Positions 1 to 10,338 of a DNA stretch of 64,000 nucleotides are shown piece by piece. Where the stretch lies: NCBI GenBank assembly GCA_965203805.1, contig OZ241917.1, positions 3,968,001 to 4,032,000 of the forward strand. The letters are read 5' to 3'. The notes below the pieces were generated by a model. The model saw nothing but the letters and a program-made list of their open reading frames with translations. It was not told where the DNA came from and did not search any database. Within the stretch, counting starts at the first letter, position 1, and the number at the start of each line of letters is the position of its first letter. The translations under genes were made by a program, and so were the position numbers. The DNA is from Candidatus Latescibacterota bacterium. GTDB taxonomy: Bacteria > Latescibacterota > UBA2968 > GCA-2709665.

Positions 1-2
1 TT

Positions 3-674
3 TCTCCGGGCAGGGCTTCGTATGTCCAGGGATCAGTTGAGGAAGCCGTTAAAGAGATGTCAATGGCCGTGTTCTCGCTTCCGGACGGGGACGTGCAGGA
101 TATGGAGATCGTCCATGACTCGGGGTATTTTGATGGAAGATTGCAGGTGGAAGAGCCTGGATTCTATCGGTTACAGATCCAATGCGAGCTGGAAGACGGC
201 GATGTTGTAATGCTGGAAGATCGCATGCTGAAGGTCGGCAACCCGAAGCAACTCGAGACGCCTGTTTTTGAGGTTGCACCGTTTCCAGGCAACGCGGCTT
301 CCGGCCGGCGGCTGGTGGAGATGGTGAATGAATTGCGCGTCAGGCGGGGGCGGATGAGATTGGAGTGGGCCGACGACCTAGCCGCCGCGGCGGCGTCCCA
401 TTTGGAGCATTTGCTGGCGTACGGATCGCTGTCGCACTGGTCGCCTACACTTGGAGACCTGGAAAGCCGCCTCGAACGGCAGGACATTTCGTTCGTGGTG
501 GCGCTCGAAAATCTGGCAACGGCGCCCTCACTGGAGGAAGCTCACTGGCAACTGACGTTAAGTGCCGAACACAGACGCAATATCCTGGATGACCGATTGA
601 CGCATATCGGAGTTGCAGCAGCACGGGAGTTGGGTCAAGTGTGGGTGGTGGAAATTTTCAAGAGTGACAAGTAA
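3..674 (+). CDS. CAP/SCP-domain protein (probably 5'-partial)
   Basis: The C-terminal CAP motifs are present (VNELR..RG...LEWADDLAAAAASH, LSH, ENLA, SAEHRRNIL, THIGV). The frame is open back to the window edge, so the true start may lie upstream of ATG 57. Confidence 0.8.
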   Translation, partial: SPGRASYVQGSVEEAVKEMSMAVFSLPDGDVQDMEIVHDSGYFDGRLQVEEPGFYRLQIQCELEDGDVVMLEDRMLKVGNPKQLETPVFEVAPFPGNAASGRRLVEMVNELRVRRGRMRLEWADDLAAAAASHLEHLLAYGSLSHWSPTLGDLESRLERQDISFVVALENLATAPSLEEAHWQLTLSAEHRRNILDDRLTHIGVAAARELGQVWVVEIFKSDK

Positions 675-777
675 CTGAGAAATCGTAAGGCAAATTGACC
701 GGCAGGCAAAGACCACTCACTTGTCCTTCCCGGTACAACTCCCCGGATTTGCCCGTCTGAGACGATTGGCTGCAACT

Positions 778-3003
778 ATGAGAGTTCGCTTTTCTATTCT
801 GGTCATTGGAATAGCGCTGTATAGCGGCGGTTTAGCATTCGCAGACGACAGTAGAACGGCCGACGAATGTTACCGGATTGCAATGGAGCAGCTCGGCCAC
901 GTGTCGGTCGAAGAGAGCGTCCGCGCATTAGAAGCCGTGCTGGTTCTGGATGGGAATTACGCTCCCGCGTACGGGGAAATCGCGAAGCTGTATATGTCCT
1001 TGAATACACCTCTGCATCGCCAAAGCGCAGAGAAGATGATTCGCAGGGCTATTCGCCTGGAACGCGAAAACGTTGCGTATCAGTTGCTGCTCGGCGATCT
1101 CATGTGGGCGCAAGGGTTTTTGTCGAACGCAAAACGACAATATGAAACCGTCTTAGCGCAGGAGCCCGGAAACGCACGAGCGGCGTTCGGCCTAGGTCAA
1201 TACTATTCGAAAGATTACATGAAGTATCGAAATATGATCGACGTGGAAGGCGAAGCCCTTCCGGTCGTATTGGAGTGGCGGCATTTCGCAAGCGAGTACC
1301 GTGAACGGGCAATCCGAAATCTCAGGCAGAGCATTCTACGCGACCCGGGGTTTAAAGATGCCTATTACCAGTTGGGCTTGGTTTATATGGAGGATATGAA
1401 ATCTGCCCCCGTCGCTGCGGGCAGAGCGCTGGTCAACGTCGCCAACTCATTATTAAAGGAGTACCCCGGGGACAAGGACGCATTGCTGTTCGTCGGTTTG
1501 GGCTATCATACCAGCGGATACCTGGATTATGCGCTAGGTTTTTACGTCCGGGCGCTTGATCGGATGGGCGTGGAGGAACGAATGATCATCGAATCGGTGG
1601 ATGTCGTCGCCGATGATGAAGAGCAGGCGCGTGTCTCGAACGCGGACTCGCTGATGAATAAGAAGGGCGCTCGGTGGGTGGAAAGTCCTGAGCGTGAACG
1701 ATTCTGGCTCAGACAGGATCCACTGTTGCTGACCCAGCACAACGAACGGCGAATGGAGCACTACCGGCGGGTGGCCTACGCCAATTTGCGGTTCAGCAAG
1801 CCGAGGAGGGGAATAGCGGGGTGTCAGACGGAAATGGGGAGGGTCTACGTCAAGTACGGAGACCCGCTCGGTCGGACGGTGACGCGCCCTGAGGTCGACC
1901 AGCGGGGACGAACCGTTCAGGCACACACCGAACTGTGGGCCTATGAGGGCTTTTCTTTTCGATTCAGGAACTGGAACGGGCTGGACGGGTGGCATTTTGA
2001 CGTGAGTTCTCTCGTATTTCCGTCCGGAGAATGGGTCCTCAAGCGCACGCCGCAGCGATATGTCGATCCCTATCGTCAGTTGAAATACAGCATGCCGTAT
2101 CAGATTGCGGCATTTCAAGATGCCGGCAAGATACGCCTGGAGGTCGCCTATGCCATTTCGAAAGAGAGATTGAAGATGTCAAACACGGGCGCCGTCGACC
2201 TGCAGGACGGGCTCTTCCTGTTTGACGGCGACTGGAAAGAGGTCTCACGGGCGGTGTATGCTACGCAGCGGCTTGAAGATGTTGGAGCACACAGTGTGAG
2301 GGGACGATACCTGCTTTCTAAGTCCACGCTGATCGTTGAACCGGGGTACTATAATCTCGTTGCTGAGGTTCAGGACCGCAGGACCCGGTCAATCGGGACG
2401 TTCAGGAAGACGTATTCGTTTAAAGCGCAAGAGACTTCGCCAGCAATGAGCGACTTGTTGTTGGCAACCAGCATTGAGATGGACGATCCATTTCCGACGC
2501 GGCGGCAGGACTTGAAGTTGGTGTTGAATCCACTACACACGTTCTATCGGACGGAATCGATATACATCTATTTCGAGATCTATGGTCTCACGCAGGATGA
2601 TTTCGGACGCACGAACTACGAGATTACGTACCAAATCGGCAGACCTGAAGAAAGCCAGGTTGCTCCCGAGAAATTCGAGTCCATTGGGCTGTCAACGCCG
2701 CCGGGAAATGTGAGTTTAATCCTTGGAACTGCCGCGTCGGATGCGATGGAGGAAATTCGGGTGAAATACACTCCATCCGAGCGAAACCGGGTAAACGAGG
2801 CGTTTCGCAACTACGAACCGGACAAAGGGGAAACCGCAGTTTCCGTTCGTTACGAAGGAGATCAGGAGAATGACTTCACCTACCTGGAAATCGACCTTCA
2901 GGAGATACCTGCAGGAGTCCATGCATTGACCGTAGAATTGAAGGATTTGAAAAGTCACGGACAGGGTGACGACCGTCACATGGTGTTCCGGGTGATCGAG
3001 TGA
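778..3003 (+). CDS. Secreted TPR + GWxTD-domain protein (type I, paralogue 1)
   Basis: Signal peptide MRVRFSILVIGIALYSGGLAFA, TPRs, then FWLRQDPLLLTQHNERRMEHYRRVAYANLRF..GCQTEMGRVYVKYGDP, and a C-terminal beta region (MSDLLLA, IYIYFEIYGL). Confidence 0.85.
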   Translation: MRVRFSILVIGIALYSGGLAFADDSRTADECYRIAMEQLGHVSVEESVRALEAVLVLDGNYAPAYGEIAKLYMSLNTPLHRQSAEKMIRRAIRLERENVAYQLLLGDLMWAQGFLSNAKRQYETVLAQEPGNARAAFGLGQYYSKDYMKYRNMIDVEGEALPVVLEWRHFASEYRERAIRNLRQSILRDPGFKDAYYQLGLVYMEDMKSAPVAAGRALVNVANSLLKEYPGDKDALLFVGLGYHTSGYLDYALGFYVRALDRMGVEERMIIESVDVVADDEEQARVSNADSLMNKKGARWVESPERERFWLRQDPLLLTQHNERRMEHYRRVAYANLRFSKPRRGIAGCQTEMGRVYVKYGDPLGRTVTRPEVDQRGRTVQAHTELWAYEGFSFRFRNWNGLDGWHFDVSSLVFPSGEWVLKRTPQRYVDPYRQLKYSMPYQIAAFQDAGKIRLEVAYAISKERLKMSNTGAVDLQDGLFLFDGDWKEVSRAVYATQRLEDVGAHSVRGRYLLSKSTLIVEPGYYNLVAEVQDRRTRSIGTFRKTYSFKAQETSPAMSDLLLATSIEMDDPFPTRRQDLKLVLNPLHTFYRTESIYIYFEIYGLTQDDFGRTNYEITYQIGRPEESQVAPEKFESIGLSTPPGNVSLILGTAASDAMEEIRVKYTPSERNRVNEAFRNYEPDKGETAVSVRYEGDQENDFTYLEIDLQEIPAGVHALTVELKDLKSHGQGDDRHMVFRVIE

Positions 3004-3177
3004 AATCTATTGTACGATTGCGTGTCACACTCAACTTCGACGGCCGAATTGTGTCTTGCCTCGCGTCTCTTGCGTGAGTCGCTCGAGACGTTCTAAATCT
3101 TGTCGTTACCGAACCGACGCAAACGGTGTCTTATTGGCTTTCAGTTACAACTCGACGCGACCTTGAGAACTTGTGCG

Positions 3178-5619
3178 ATGTCAGACCGACGTAGACACAA
3201 TACAAAGAGTAGCGGGACGCGCTTGGCTGCGATAGCCTGCGCAGTTGTGTGCGTCGGATTCTGTCTCGCGTCGCCGGTTGCCGCCAGCACGAAGCAGGCA
3301 GCCGAGAGGCTCTACGAGACGGCGCTAGAGCAGGTCGGTCGCGTCACCGTTGAGGAGAGCGTGAAGGCCTTCCGTAAGGTATTGAAGGCGGACCGGGACC
3401 ACGCGCCGGCCCATTATGAAATCGCGAAGCTGTATCTGTCCCTTGACACGCCCATGGATCGAGAAAGCGCAATGAAGGCGGTCAAAGAGGCCATTCTCCT
3501 GGATCGTGACAAGGTGAGTTATCGACTGTTGAAGGCGGATATCCTGTGGACGCAGGGATCCTGGTACAATGCGGTAAACGAGTACAAGAAAGTGCTGAAG
3601 TTCGATCCGAAAAACGCAAAGGCAGCCTACATGATCGGGCGCCATGGAATCAAGAACTTCATGAAATATAACGATAAGTTCATGATGAACGGGATATCGG
3701 GATTCAGCCGAAGAGAACATTCGCGAACCAGACACTCGTGGAGCTTTTTTGGCATTGAGGAGTTGGATGAAGCCGTCACGTACCTGAAGGCGTGTATCGA
3801 GGCGGATCCTCAGTTCAAAGATGCGTACTTTCAATTGGGGCTCGCCTGCTATGAAGCAAATCGGCCTGATGAATTGATACAGGTGGCAAACCTGCTGATA
3901 GAGCGCGTGCCTGAGGACAAGGATGCGCTGCTCTTCTGCGGACTCGGATACCAGGCTCTAGGCGACGAGACATCGGCGCATGAATTCTATATGCGAGCGC
4001 TTCAGAGAATGGCGCCGGCTGAGCGTGCGGTGATGGAATCGGTAGACGCCATTATGCCGGACGCGGAGCGTGCGAACCTGGACGACCTTCATCGTGAACG
4101 GGAGACGGTCGGAGGCACGCGTCAACCCTGGGTCGACAGTGTGGAACGAGTTCGATTCTGGCGGCGGCAGGACCCGCTGTATCTGACGGAATTCAATGAA
4201 CGCCGCATGGAACATTACGGCCGGGTCGCTTATGCGAATTTACGGTTCAGTCGACCCACAAAGGGCATTGAGGGCTGGCGGACGGATATGGGCAAAGCGT
4301 ATATCAAACTGGGACGATATCTGGACAGACGCGTGCGGCGCCCGACGATAACTTCCGTCATTCCGATAGACAGGCCCAGCGTCTTCGGCAGGTCTCTACC
4401 AGGAAAACGGATACCCTGGAGGCTGATGATGCAGCAAGAGACGTGGTTCTACGAGGGATTTCGGGTTGATTTTCAGTTATCGGACGGATTCCACGGCTTT
4501 TCTCCATCTCGTTTGCCAGACCGGACGCGGTACGTCGATCCTTACGGCCGGATGAAATACCGCGTGCCTCACCAGGTCGCGAGTTTCAGGAACGGAGACA
4601 GCCTCAGGGTGGAACTGGCGTATGCGCTGCCCAGATACAATGTGACCGTATCGGAATCGGACAGGAGCATTGCGCTCGAAAACGGCGTATTTCTGTTTGA
4701 CGAGCGTTGGGACGAGGTCTATCGGAAGCGGTCGGACCTTAAACTGAAGTGGCCCAGGTTGGCGCCCAGCCGATATCCCGCCGCGGACAGCCTGCGGAAT
4801 AATCATCTGGTTTTCCAGGTACTGTTCAGGCTGGCGCCGGGCACGTACCACCTGGTTGGCGAATTGAGGGACGCCGTGCGAGGATCCATCGGCACGTTCC
4901 GGCAGCACCGGGAATTCGAGGCGGTGGGGTCTTCGCTGGCGATGAGCGACCTGCTGCTGGCCGCACAGATCGATTCGAGAACGGCTTTTCCGGAAGAACG
5001 GAAGGACCTGGACATCGTGGCCAATCCGCTGCGGACCTACCATCGCTCGGAGCCTGCGTTTATCTACCTGGAAGTGTATAACCTGGAGCGGGACGAATTC
5101 GGTCGATCGGAGTACGAGATCGCCTATCGGATAGGACACACGGAGCAGAGAAGGATCGATCCGTACCTGTTCGTGGCGCAGCGGCTGCCCCAGGGCGGCA
5201 GACATTTGGAAGTGTCTCGTGTCTCGAGGACTCATGAGCCGGGTATGCGCCGTCCACCACGAATTTCGGAGGAAGAAGAAGAAGAACAGCGGCGCCAGGG
5301 TCTGCCCGTGGTGCAGCAAGAGGTCGTTCCGGACTATTTCGATGCGAAGAGGAAGGATGAGTTGACGTACCGGGCGAGATTCGTATTTCCCGAAGAGGAT
5401 AAGCTTGCCAGCCGGATCAAAAAGATGGGCCGGAGCAAAGAGGGTGTGGAGACCACGATCACGGCCCAGTATGTGGGCAACCGGGAGGATGACTTCACGT
5501 ATCTGCAGATTGACCTGAGTCACGTGCCTGCGGGTGTGCACCGTCTATCGGTGCGGGTCAGAGATATGCATACTGGCCAGGAAGCGTCGCGGGAGGCGTT
5601 GTTCCGGGTGATCGATTAG
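3178..5619 (+). CDS. Secreted TPR + GWxTD-domain protein (type I, paralogue 2)
   Basis: Hydrophobic signal, TPRs and FWRRQDPLYLTEFNERRMEHYGRVAYANLRF..GWRTDMGKAYIKLG. The start is uncertain (3100 or 3178). Confidence 0.87.
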   Translation: MSDRRRHNTKSSGTRLAAIACAVVCVGFCLASPVAASTKQAAERLYETALEQVGRVTVEESVKAFRKVLKADRDHAPAHYEIAKLYLSLDTPMDRESAMKAVKEAILLDRDKVSYRLLKADILWTQGSWYNAVNEYKKVLKFDPKNAKAAYMIGRHGIKNFMKYNDKFMMNGISGFSRREHSRTRHSWSFFGIEELDEAVTYLKACIEADPQFKDAYFQLGLACYEANRPDELIQVANLLIERVPEDKDALLFCGLGYQALGDETSAHEFYMRALQRMAPAERAVMESVDAIMPDAERANLDDLHRERETVGGTRQPWVDSVERVRFWRRQDPLYLTEFNERRMEHYGRVAYANLRFSRPTKGIEGWRTDMGKAYIKLGRYLDRRVRRPTITSVIPIDRPSVFGRSLPGKRIPWRLMMQQETWFYEGFRVDFQLSDGFHGFSPSRLPDRTRYVDPYGRMKYRVPHQVASFRNGDSLRVELAYALPRYNVTVSESDRSIALENGVFLFDERWDEVYRKRSDLKLKWPRLAPSRYPAADSLRNNHLVFQVLFRLAPGTYHLVGELRDAVRGSIGTFRQHREFEAVGSSLAMSDLLLAAQIDSRTAFPEERKDLDIVANPLRTYHRSEPAFIYLEVYNLERDEFGRSEYEIAYRIGHTEQRRIDPYLFVAQRLPQGGRHLEVSRVSRTHEPGMRRPPRISEEEEEEQRRQGLPVVQQEVVPDYFDAKRKDELTYRARFVFPEEDKLASRIKKMGRSKEGVETTITAQYVGNREDDFTYLQIDLSHVPAGVHRLSVRVRDMHTGQEASREALFRVID

Positions 5620-5672
5620 ACTGCCGCAAACGGCGGTTGAATTCACAGTCGTCATGCCGGAGGGGCAAAGCG

Positions 5673-8045
5673 ATGAGACACCTGGTGGTCCTGGTGCTGG
5701 TGATGCTGGCGGCCGGTGAAGTACGCGCCGGGGCGACGGATGCCAGGATAGATTCGCTTTATCGTGAGGCAATGGCGCGGGTTGGCGAAGTGTCGGCAGA
5801 GGTGAGTATAAAGGCATTTGAGGACGCACTGAAGCTGGACTGGGAATTCGCGCCCGCGCACTATCAGATCGCCAGGCTTTACATGGAAATGAACACGCCG
5901 CTCACGCGCCAGAGCGCCCGCAAGGCGCTGAAGCAGGCGATGCGGCTCGATCCTGAAAACACGGACTATCGTATGACGCTGGGCGAGTTGTTCAGCAGGC
6001 AGGGATTCTGGTGGCATGCCGTAAGGCACTATGAGAAATTGGCGGACACGGAGCCGGAGAACGCCGAGGCGTCGTACTGGGCCGGGTATTATGCAGCGCA
6101 GGATTATCTACGTTATATCGACAGGCAGGATCCCTTCATCTATGTCGACAAAAACCTGGGAAGGATGTTCTACTGGAAAAACTTCGCCCTGCAGGACCTC
6201 GAGCGGGCCAGGACGCATTTTCAGCAGAGCATTGATGCGGACCCCGGACTCCGAGGCCCGTATTACCAGCTTGGACTCCTGCATTATGAGACCGGGCAGC
6301 CGAAAGAGATGATCCTGGTCTTCAAGCGATTTCTGGAACAGGCGCCTGAGGACAAGGATGCGTTCATGTTCTGCGGTCTGGGGTACCAGATGCTGGGTGA
6401 CATGGACGCGGCGGACAGCTATTACACGCTTGCCCTGGAGCGGATGAGCAACGAAGAACGCGCCATGATCGAGGCGGTGGATATTCTTGCATCGGCGGAG
6501 GACCGGAAGCGCATGGCGGAGGCGATCGCGTATGCCGACAACGGCGGGGATGAATGGCCGGACGTCGCGCGCGACCGTTTCTGGCGCAGACATGATCCGC
6601 TGTTTTTAACGTCGTTCAACGAGCGGAAGATGGCGCATTTTGGCCGCGTGGCGTACGCCAACCTGAGGTACAGCCGGCCTTTCAGGGAAATCGCAGGATG
6701 GCGGACGGACACGGGCAAGACGTTCATCAAGTTTGGCCGTTATATCAAACGAGTTTCCACAGGCAGGGCGAAAACCTGGTTTTACGAGTCGTTCAGCATA
6801 TCGTTCAAAAGCAGCGACGGGATGGACGGATGGCGGTTCGGTCTCGGGAAAGCCGGCGGAGGGAGCATCGGCAGGCAACTGGCAGATGTCCGGGTAACGG
6901 ACGGTCGGGATATGTACAACGTCACACAATGGAGGGATGACCTGGGCGACTTTTATTCAGGTAAGAATCGAATGGTACTGCAGAACCGGCCTTCGCCGCC
7001 CTCCCGGCATGTGTTTCGCGATACGCCGCAGCGGTTCATCGACCCCTATCGCGACCGGAAATACCGCATACCCCGGCAGATCGCCGCCTTTCAGGAGCGC
7101 GACAGTGTTCGCGTGGAGTTCGCCTATGCCATTCCGAAGTCACGGGTGCGCGTGAACGAACCGGAGGGCCTTCTGGACCTGGAGGACGGGGTGTTTCTGT
7201 TCGACGAGCAGTGGGACGAGGTCTACCGGAAGACAATGGACGTCACCATGCATTGGCCTGAATACGACAACGCGCCTGAAACGAAGAGTGACAGCCTGCG
7301 GCGCAACCACATGGTGTCGTACCGGACGCTGAGGGTAGCCCCGCGGCGGCATCGTCTTGTTGTGGAGGTCCGGGACCGCGGATCCGGAACCATTGGGACC
7401 TTCCGCGAGTTGCGGACATTCGGATCGCACGATTCGTTGCTGGCGATGAGCGATCTGCTGCTGGCGTCCCGGATCCGGCCGAGAACCGCGTTCCCCGAAG
7501 GCCGCGACGATCTGCTTGTCACCGCCAACCCGCTTCACACCTTCGGCCGGTCCGAGCCCGTCTTCCTGTATCTCGAGATCTACAATCTCAAGAAAGACAG
7601 ATTCGGCCGGACAAAATATCGGATTTCCTATCGGCTGACCCGGCCGGACCGCGAAGAAATCCATCCCGAACGCTTCGCCGCCCTGGAGGCGCCGGGCGCC
7701 GCCGCCAGGGTGGAGGTTCAGACCATCATCGAGGAACCTGTAATTGCCAGCGAGGACGACCTCTGGCGGGATGGGATTCAAGAATCCGTGAGGTATCGTG
7801 TGAAGTACATCCTCCCGGAACGAAACCGAATCTCCGAGGAGATCGAGAATACCCCTCGTTCATTGGAAGGCACTGAGACGACGGTCACGGCGCGATACGA
7901 GGGAGATCGGACGGATGACTTCACCTTCCTGCAGATTGAATCGAACGATACTCCCGCCGGTTTCCACAAGCTGATCGTTGCCGTAAAGGATCTCTACACG
8001 GGGCAAATCGCGAAACGGCACGTCGTGTACCGGGTTGTGGAGTGA
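5673..8045 (+). CDS. Secreted TPR + GWxTD-domain protein (type I, paralogue 3)
   Basis: GGAGGG RBS, signal peptide MRHLVVLVLVMLAAGEVRA, TPRs and GWRTDTGKTFIKFG. Confidence 0.88.
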   Translation: MRHLVVLVLVMLAAGEVRAGATDARIDSLYREAMARVGEVSAEVSIKAFEDALKLDWEFAPAHYQIARLYMEMNTPLTRQSARKALKQAMRLDPENTDYRMTLGELFSRQGFWWHAVRHYEKLADTEPENAEASYWAGYYAAQDYLRYIDRQDPFIYVDKNLGRMFYWKNFALQDLERARTHFQQSIDADPGLRGPYYQLGLLHYETGQPKEMILVFKRFLEQAPEDKDAFMFCGLGYQMLGDMDAADSYYTLALERMSNEERAMIEAVDILASAEDRKRMAEAIAYADNGGDEWPDVARDRFWRRHDPLFLTSFNERKMAHFGRVAYANLRYSRPFREIAGWRTDTGKTFIKFGRYIKRVSTGRAKTWFYESFSISFKSSDGMDGWRFGLGKAGGGSIGRQLADVRVTDGRDMYNVTQWRDDLGDFYSGKNRMVLQNRPSPPSRHVFRDTPQRFIDPYRDRKYRIPRQIAAFQERDSVRVEFAYAIPKSRVRVNEPEGLLDLEDGVFLFDEQWDEVYRKTMDVTMHWPEYDNAPETKSDSLRRNHMVSYRTLRVAPRRHRLVVEVRDRGSGTIGTFRELRTFGSHDSLLAMSDLLLASRIRPRTAFPEGRDDLLVTANPLHTFGRSEPVFLYLEIYNLKKDRFGRTKYRISYRLTRPDREEIHPERFAALEAPGAAARVEVQTIIEEPVIASEDDLWRDGIQESVRYRVKYILPERNRISEEIENTPRSLEGTETTVTARYEGDRTDDFTFLQIESNDTPAGFHKLIVAVKDLYTGQIAKRHVVYRVVE

Positions 8046-8086
8046 AATATCCGGACTTAGCCTTAATTCGAAAGAAAACTACCGTT

Positions 8087-8225
8087 AAATTGGCCACAAA
8101 AAGCCCAAAGGGGATCGGTGCGAAACGGCGTGTGTCGTAACGCCGTGGCCCTGAACGAATTCCCATGTCTTTCGGCGACACGCACTGTAACAGAATAGCT
8201 GTTTTTGTGCCGCTTGTGGCAATTT
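8087..8225. repeat. MITE/REP-like element with imperfect terminal inverted repeats
   Basis: AAATTGGCCACAAAAAGCCCAAA at the left end and TTTTTGTGCCGCTTGTGGCAATTT at the right end; intergenic. Confidence 0.5.
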
Positions 8226-8367
8226 GCCTTGCATCGAAAAATCCAGCAAGCCGACACTGTGGAGAAGACTTCCGGAACGGGCCGAACGGTCGTCCGGAAG
8301 CCGCGGTGTCCGGGCTTTTTTTGAACCCATGGTTATACCATCAGATGTGAGAGAATGGGCGCATGAA

Positions 8368-9456
8368 ATGAAGAAGAGACACCTGGCTGCAATGGCGGTT
8401 TTCCTGTGTCTACATGCCTGTGGATCAGATTCGCCGACGCCCTCGGAGTCTGAAGGCGATCCCGGAGGTTTTGAAGCCGTGGGAAGAATGACAATATCGA
8501 GGTTCTGGCACGTTGCGGTGCAATTGAAGGACGGCCGGGTTCTCATCGCCGGTGGTACCGAAACGGATCGACCCGGTCATTCACAGGCGGATATGTATCA
8601 CGACAGCGCGGAACTGTTCGATCTTGAAAGCGGAACATCGTCGACAACCGGAAAGATGTCGCAGGCTCGCACGCAGGACACGGCAATCCTGTTGAATGAC
8701 GGTCGGGTCGCGATGATGCGTTCGGGCAATTATCCGGTGGAGATATTCGATCCGGGAACCGGGAAATTCACGGCCGCATCATCCATCCCGACGTTCGGCC
8801 CCGGCAACAACCTGACGCTCCTCCTCAATGGAGATGTTTTCGTATCGGACGGACAGGGCAACGCGGCCATTTTCAACCCGGACACGGGAGCGTTTTCGTC
8901 GATCAAAAGGATGATCGCTTCCCGCAGCGCCTACACGGCGACCTTGATGCGCGACGGGCGTGTTTTAATCGCAGGTGGAACAAATGGCGGCGATATGGTC
9001 AGGAGTTGTGAAATCTTCGATCCTTCGACCGGGGACTTTACACGTGCCGGCGATTTGAACAACGAGCGATGGCGGCACAAAGCGATGCTGCTGCAGGACG
9101 GAAGGGTGCTGATTATTGGCGGGCGCAGGGACGACGTCGCGTCGGACGACGTGCAGCATGTGACGTCAGCTGAATTTTTCGACCCTGCAAGGGAGACGTT
9201 CGCGCCGGCCGGCGACACGGGACTGCCATCCGTCGATGCCGCGTTTCTGTTGCCCACGGGCAAGGTGTTTGTATTGTCCGGCAGAGACGTGGCGATTTAT
9301 GATCCGGCGACAGGTACTGCCACACGCACCGGACACAGCATCGGTCAGGATCGGATCCTGTATACGGTTACGCCGCTCAGCGACGGCAGGATCATGGTTT
9401 CGGGCGGGATGAAGGATCTGGTTTCGACGGATGAAGTGCTGGTCTACAAGCCATAG
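8368..9456 (+). CDS. Kelch-repeat beta-propeller lipoprotein
   Basis: Lipobox LHA-C followed by GSDSPTPSE, and repeated H/Y-x-A-xxLxDGRVLIxGG...E(I/L)FDPxTGxF units. Confidence 0.88.
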   Translation: MKKRHLAAMAVFLCLHACGSDSPTPSESEGDPGGFEAVGRMTISRFWHVAVQLKDGRVLIAGGTETDRPGHSQADMYHDSAELFDLESGTSSTTGKMSQARTQDTAILLNDGRVAMMRSGNYPVEIFDPGTGKFTAASSIPTFGPGNNLTLLLNGDVFVSDGQGNAAIFNPDTGAFSSIKRMIASRSAYTATLMRDGRVLIAGGTNGGDMVRSCEIFDPSTGDFTRAGDLNNERWRHKAMLLQDGRVLIIGGRRDDVASDDVQHVTSAEFFDPARETFAPAGDTGLPSVDAAFLLPTGKVFVLSGRDVAIYDPATGTATRTGHSIGQDRILYTVTPLSDGRIMVSGGMKDLVSTDEVLVYKP

Positions 9457-9470
9457 CGGAAGGCCGGACG

Positions 9471-9503
9471 CCTGCCTGCGCAGCGTACTGCGCTGCAGGC
9501 AGG
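9471..9503. mobile_element. 33-bp palindromic micro-element CCTGCCTGC-loop-GCAGGCAGG
   Basis: Its reverse complement matches 36747-36779 at 32 of 33 nt. Removing it leaves the hairpin-like GGACGCCCACAAGGGGCGCCC. Confidence 0.7.
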
Positions 9504-9538
9504 CCCACAAGGGGCGCCCGGCTGGATGACGCGACGGG

Positions 9539-10312
9539 TCATGCCTGTTCCACCCTGGACTTGCGCCGGTACGTGCGCAGCTTCACATAGGCGGGACGGA
9601 TGATGAAACCCGTAATCGCCAGTGCCAGGACGGCGATGCTCAGCACGTCCACATAGATCCACTCACCCTCGGCGCCGAAGAGGGCTTTGCCGGTGTGCAG
9701 GTCCAGAACCAACTTGCTGAAGCTGACGACCTCGGGAAGGGGGACTTCCACCATGGTTGCGTTCACGGCCGTCAGCTCCGTCCACGTCGCGCCCAGGTCC
9801 GCGGTGACGAAGAGGCCGTTGCTGCCCTGTATGTGGACGATGCGACCATCTTCTGCAAAGGTTGCCGCTCCTCTGAAGTTGGAAATGCGCTTCCACTGCT
9901 CCGCCTCGAAGAGCCAGGTGCTTTCCCGCGTGCCGACCAGGATGCGCTCTCCCTGTTGGTCGATGTTGAAGATGTCCAGGCCCTCCAATTCCGGAACGCT
10001 GCGGTATTCGCTCCCACTCAGGTGAAGCAACCCTTTGCGCGTCCCGATGTACACCTCCTCATTGCCTGCAAGCAGGGCGCACTTGATCTGTCCCAGGCGA
10101 CTGGCGCTGGTCTGGTAGCCGGGAAACCACCGGCTGGGCACGCCCACGCTGCCCAGGCCCCAGCCGCTGAGATGCTCCAGCAGGATCGCGGTCACGCACA
10201 CGAGCACCGTGAAGACCAGTGCGAAGATGGAGGTCCAGGCATGCCAGCGGCGAACGCCTTTCTTGTAGCGTCCCTTCACTTGTCGGCGGCCCCGGGCCGT
10301 GCTCTCGTTCAT
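9539..10312 (-). CDS. PepSY-associated TM-helix protein
   Basis: RRWHAWTSIFALVFTVLVCVTAILLEH at the N-terminus and LDLHTG..YVDVLS..ITG at the C-terminus; GAGGAGG RBS; directly downstream of the TonB receptor. Confidence 0.85.
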   Translation of the reverse strand: MNESTARGRRQVKGRYKKGVRRWHAWTSIFALVFTVLVCVTAILLEHLSGWGLGSVGVPSRWFPGYQTSASRLGQIKCALLAGNEEVYIGTRKGLLHLSGSEYRSVPELEGLDIFNIDQQGERILVGTRESTWLFEAEQWKRISNFRGAATFAEDGRIVHIQGSNGLFVTADLGATWTELTAVNATMVEVPLPEVVSFSKLVLDLHTGKALFGAEGEWIYVDVLSIAVLALAITGFIIRPAYVKLRTYRRKSRVEQA

Positions 10313-10338
10313 CGCTTTTTCCTCCTCAAAGGACGCAT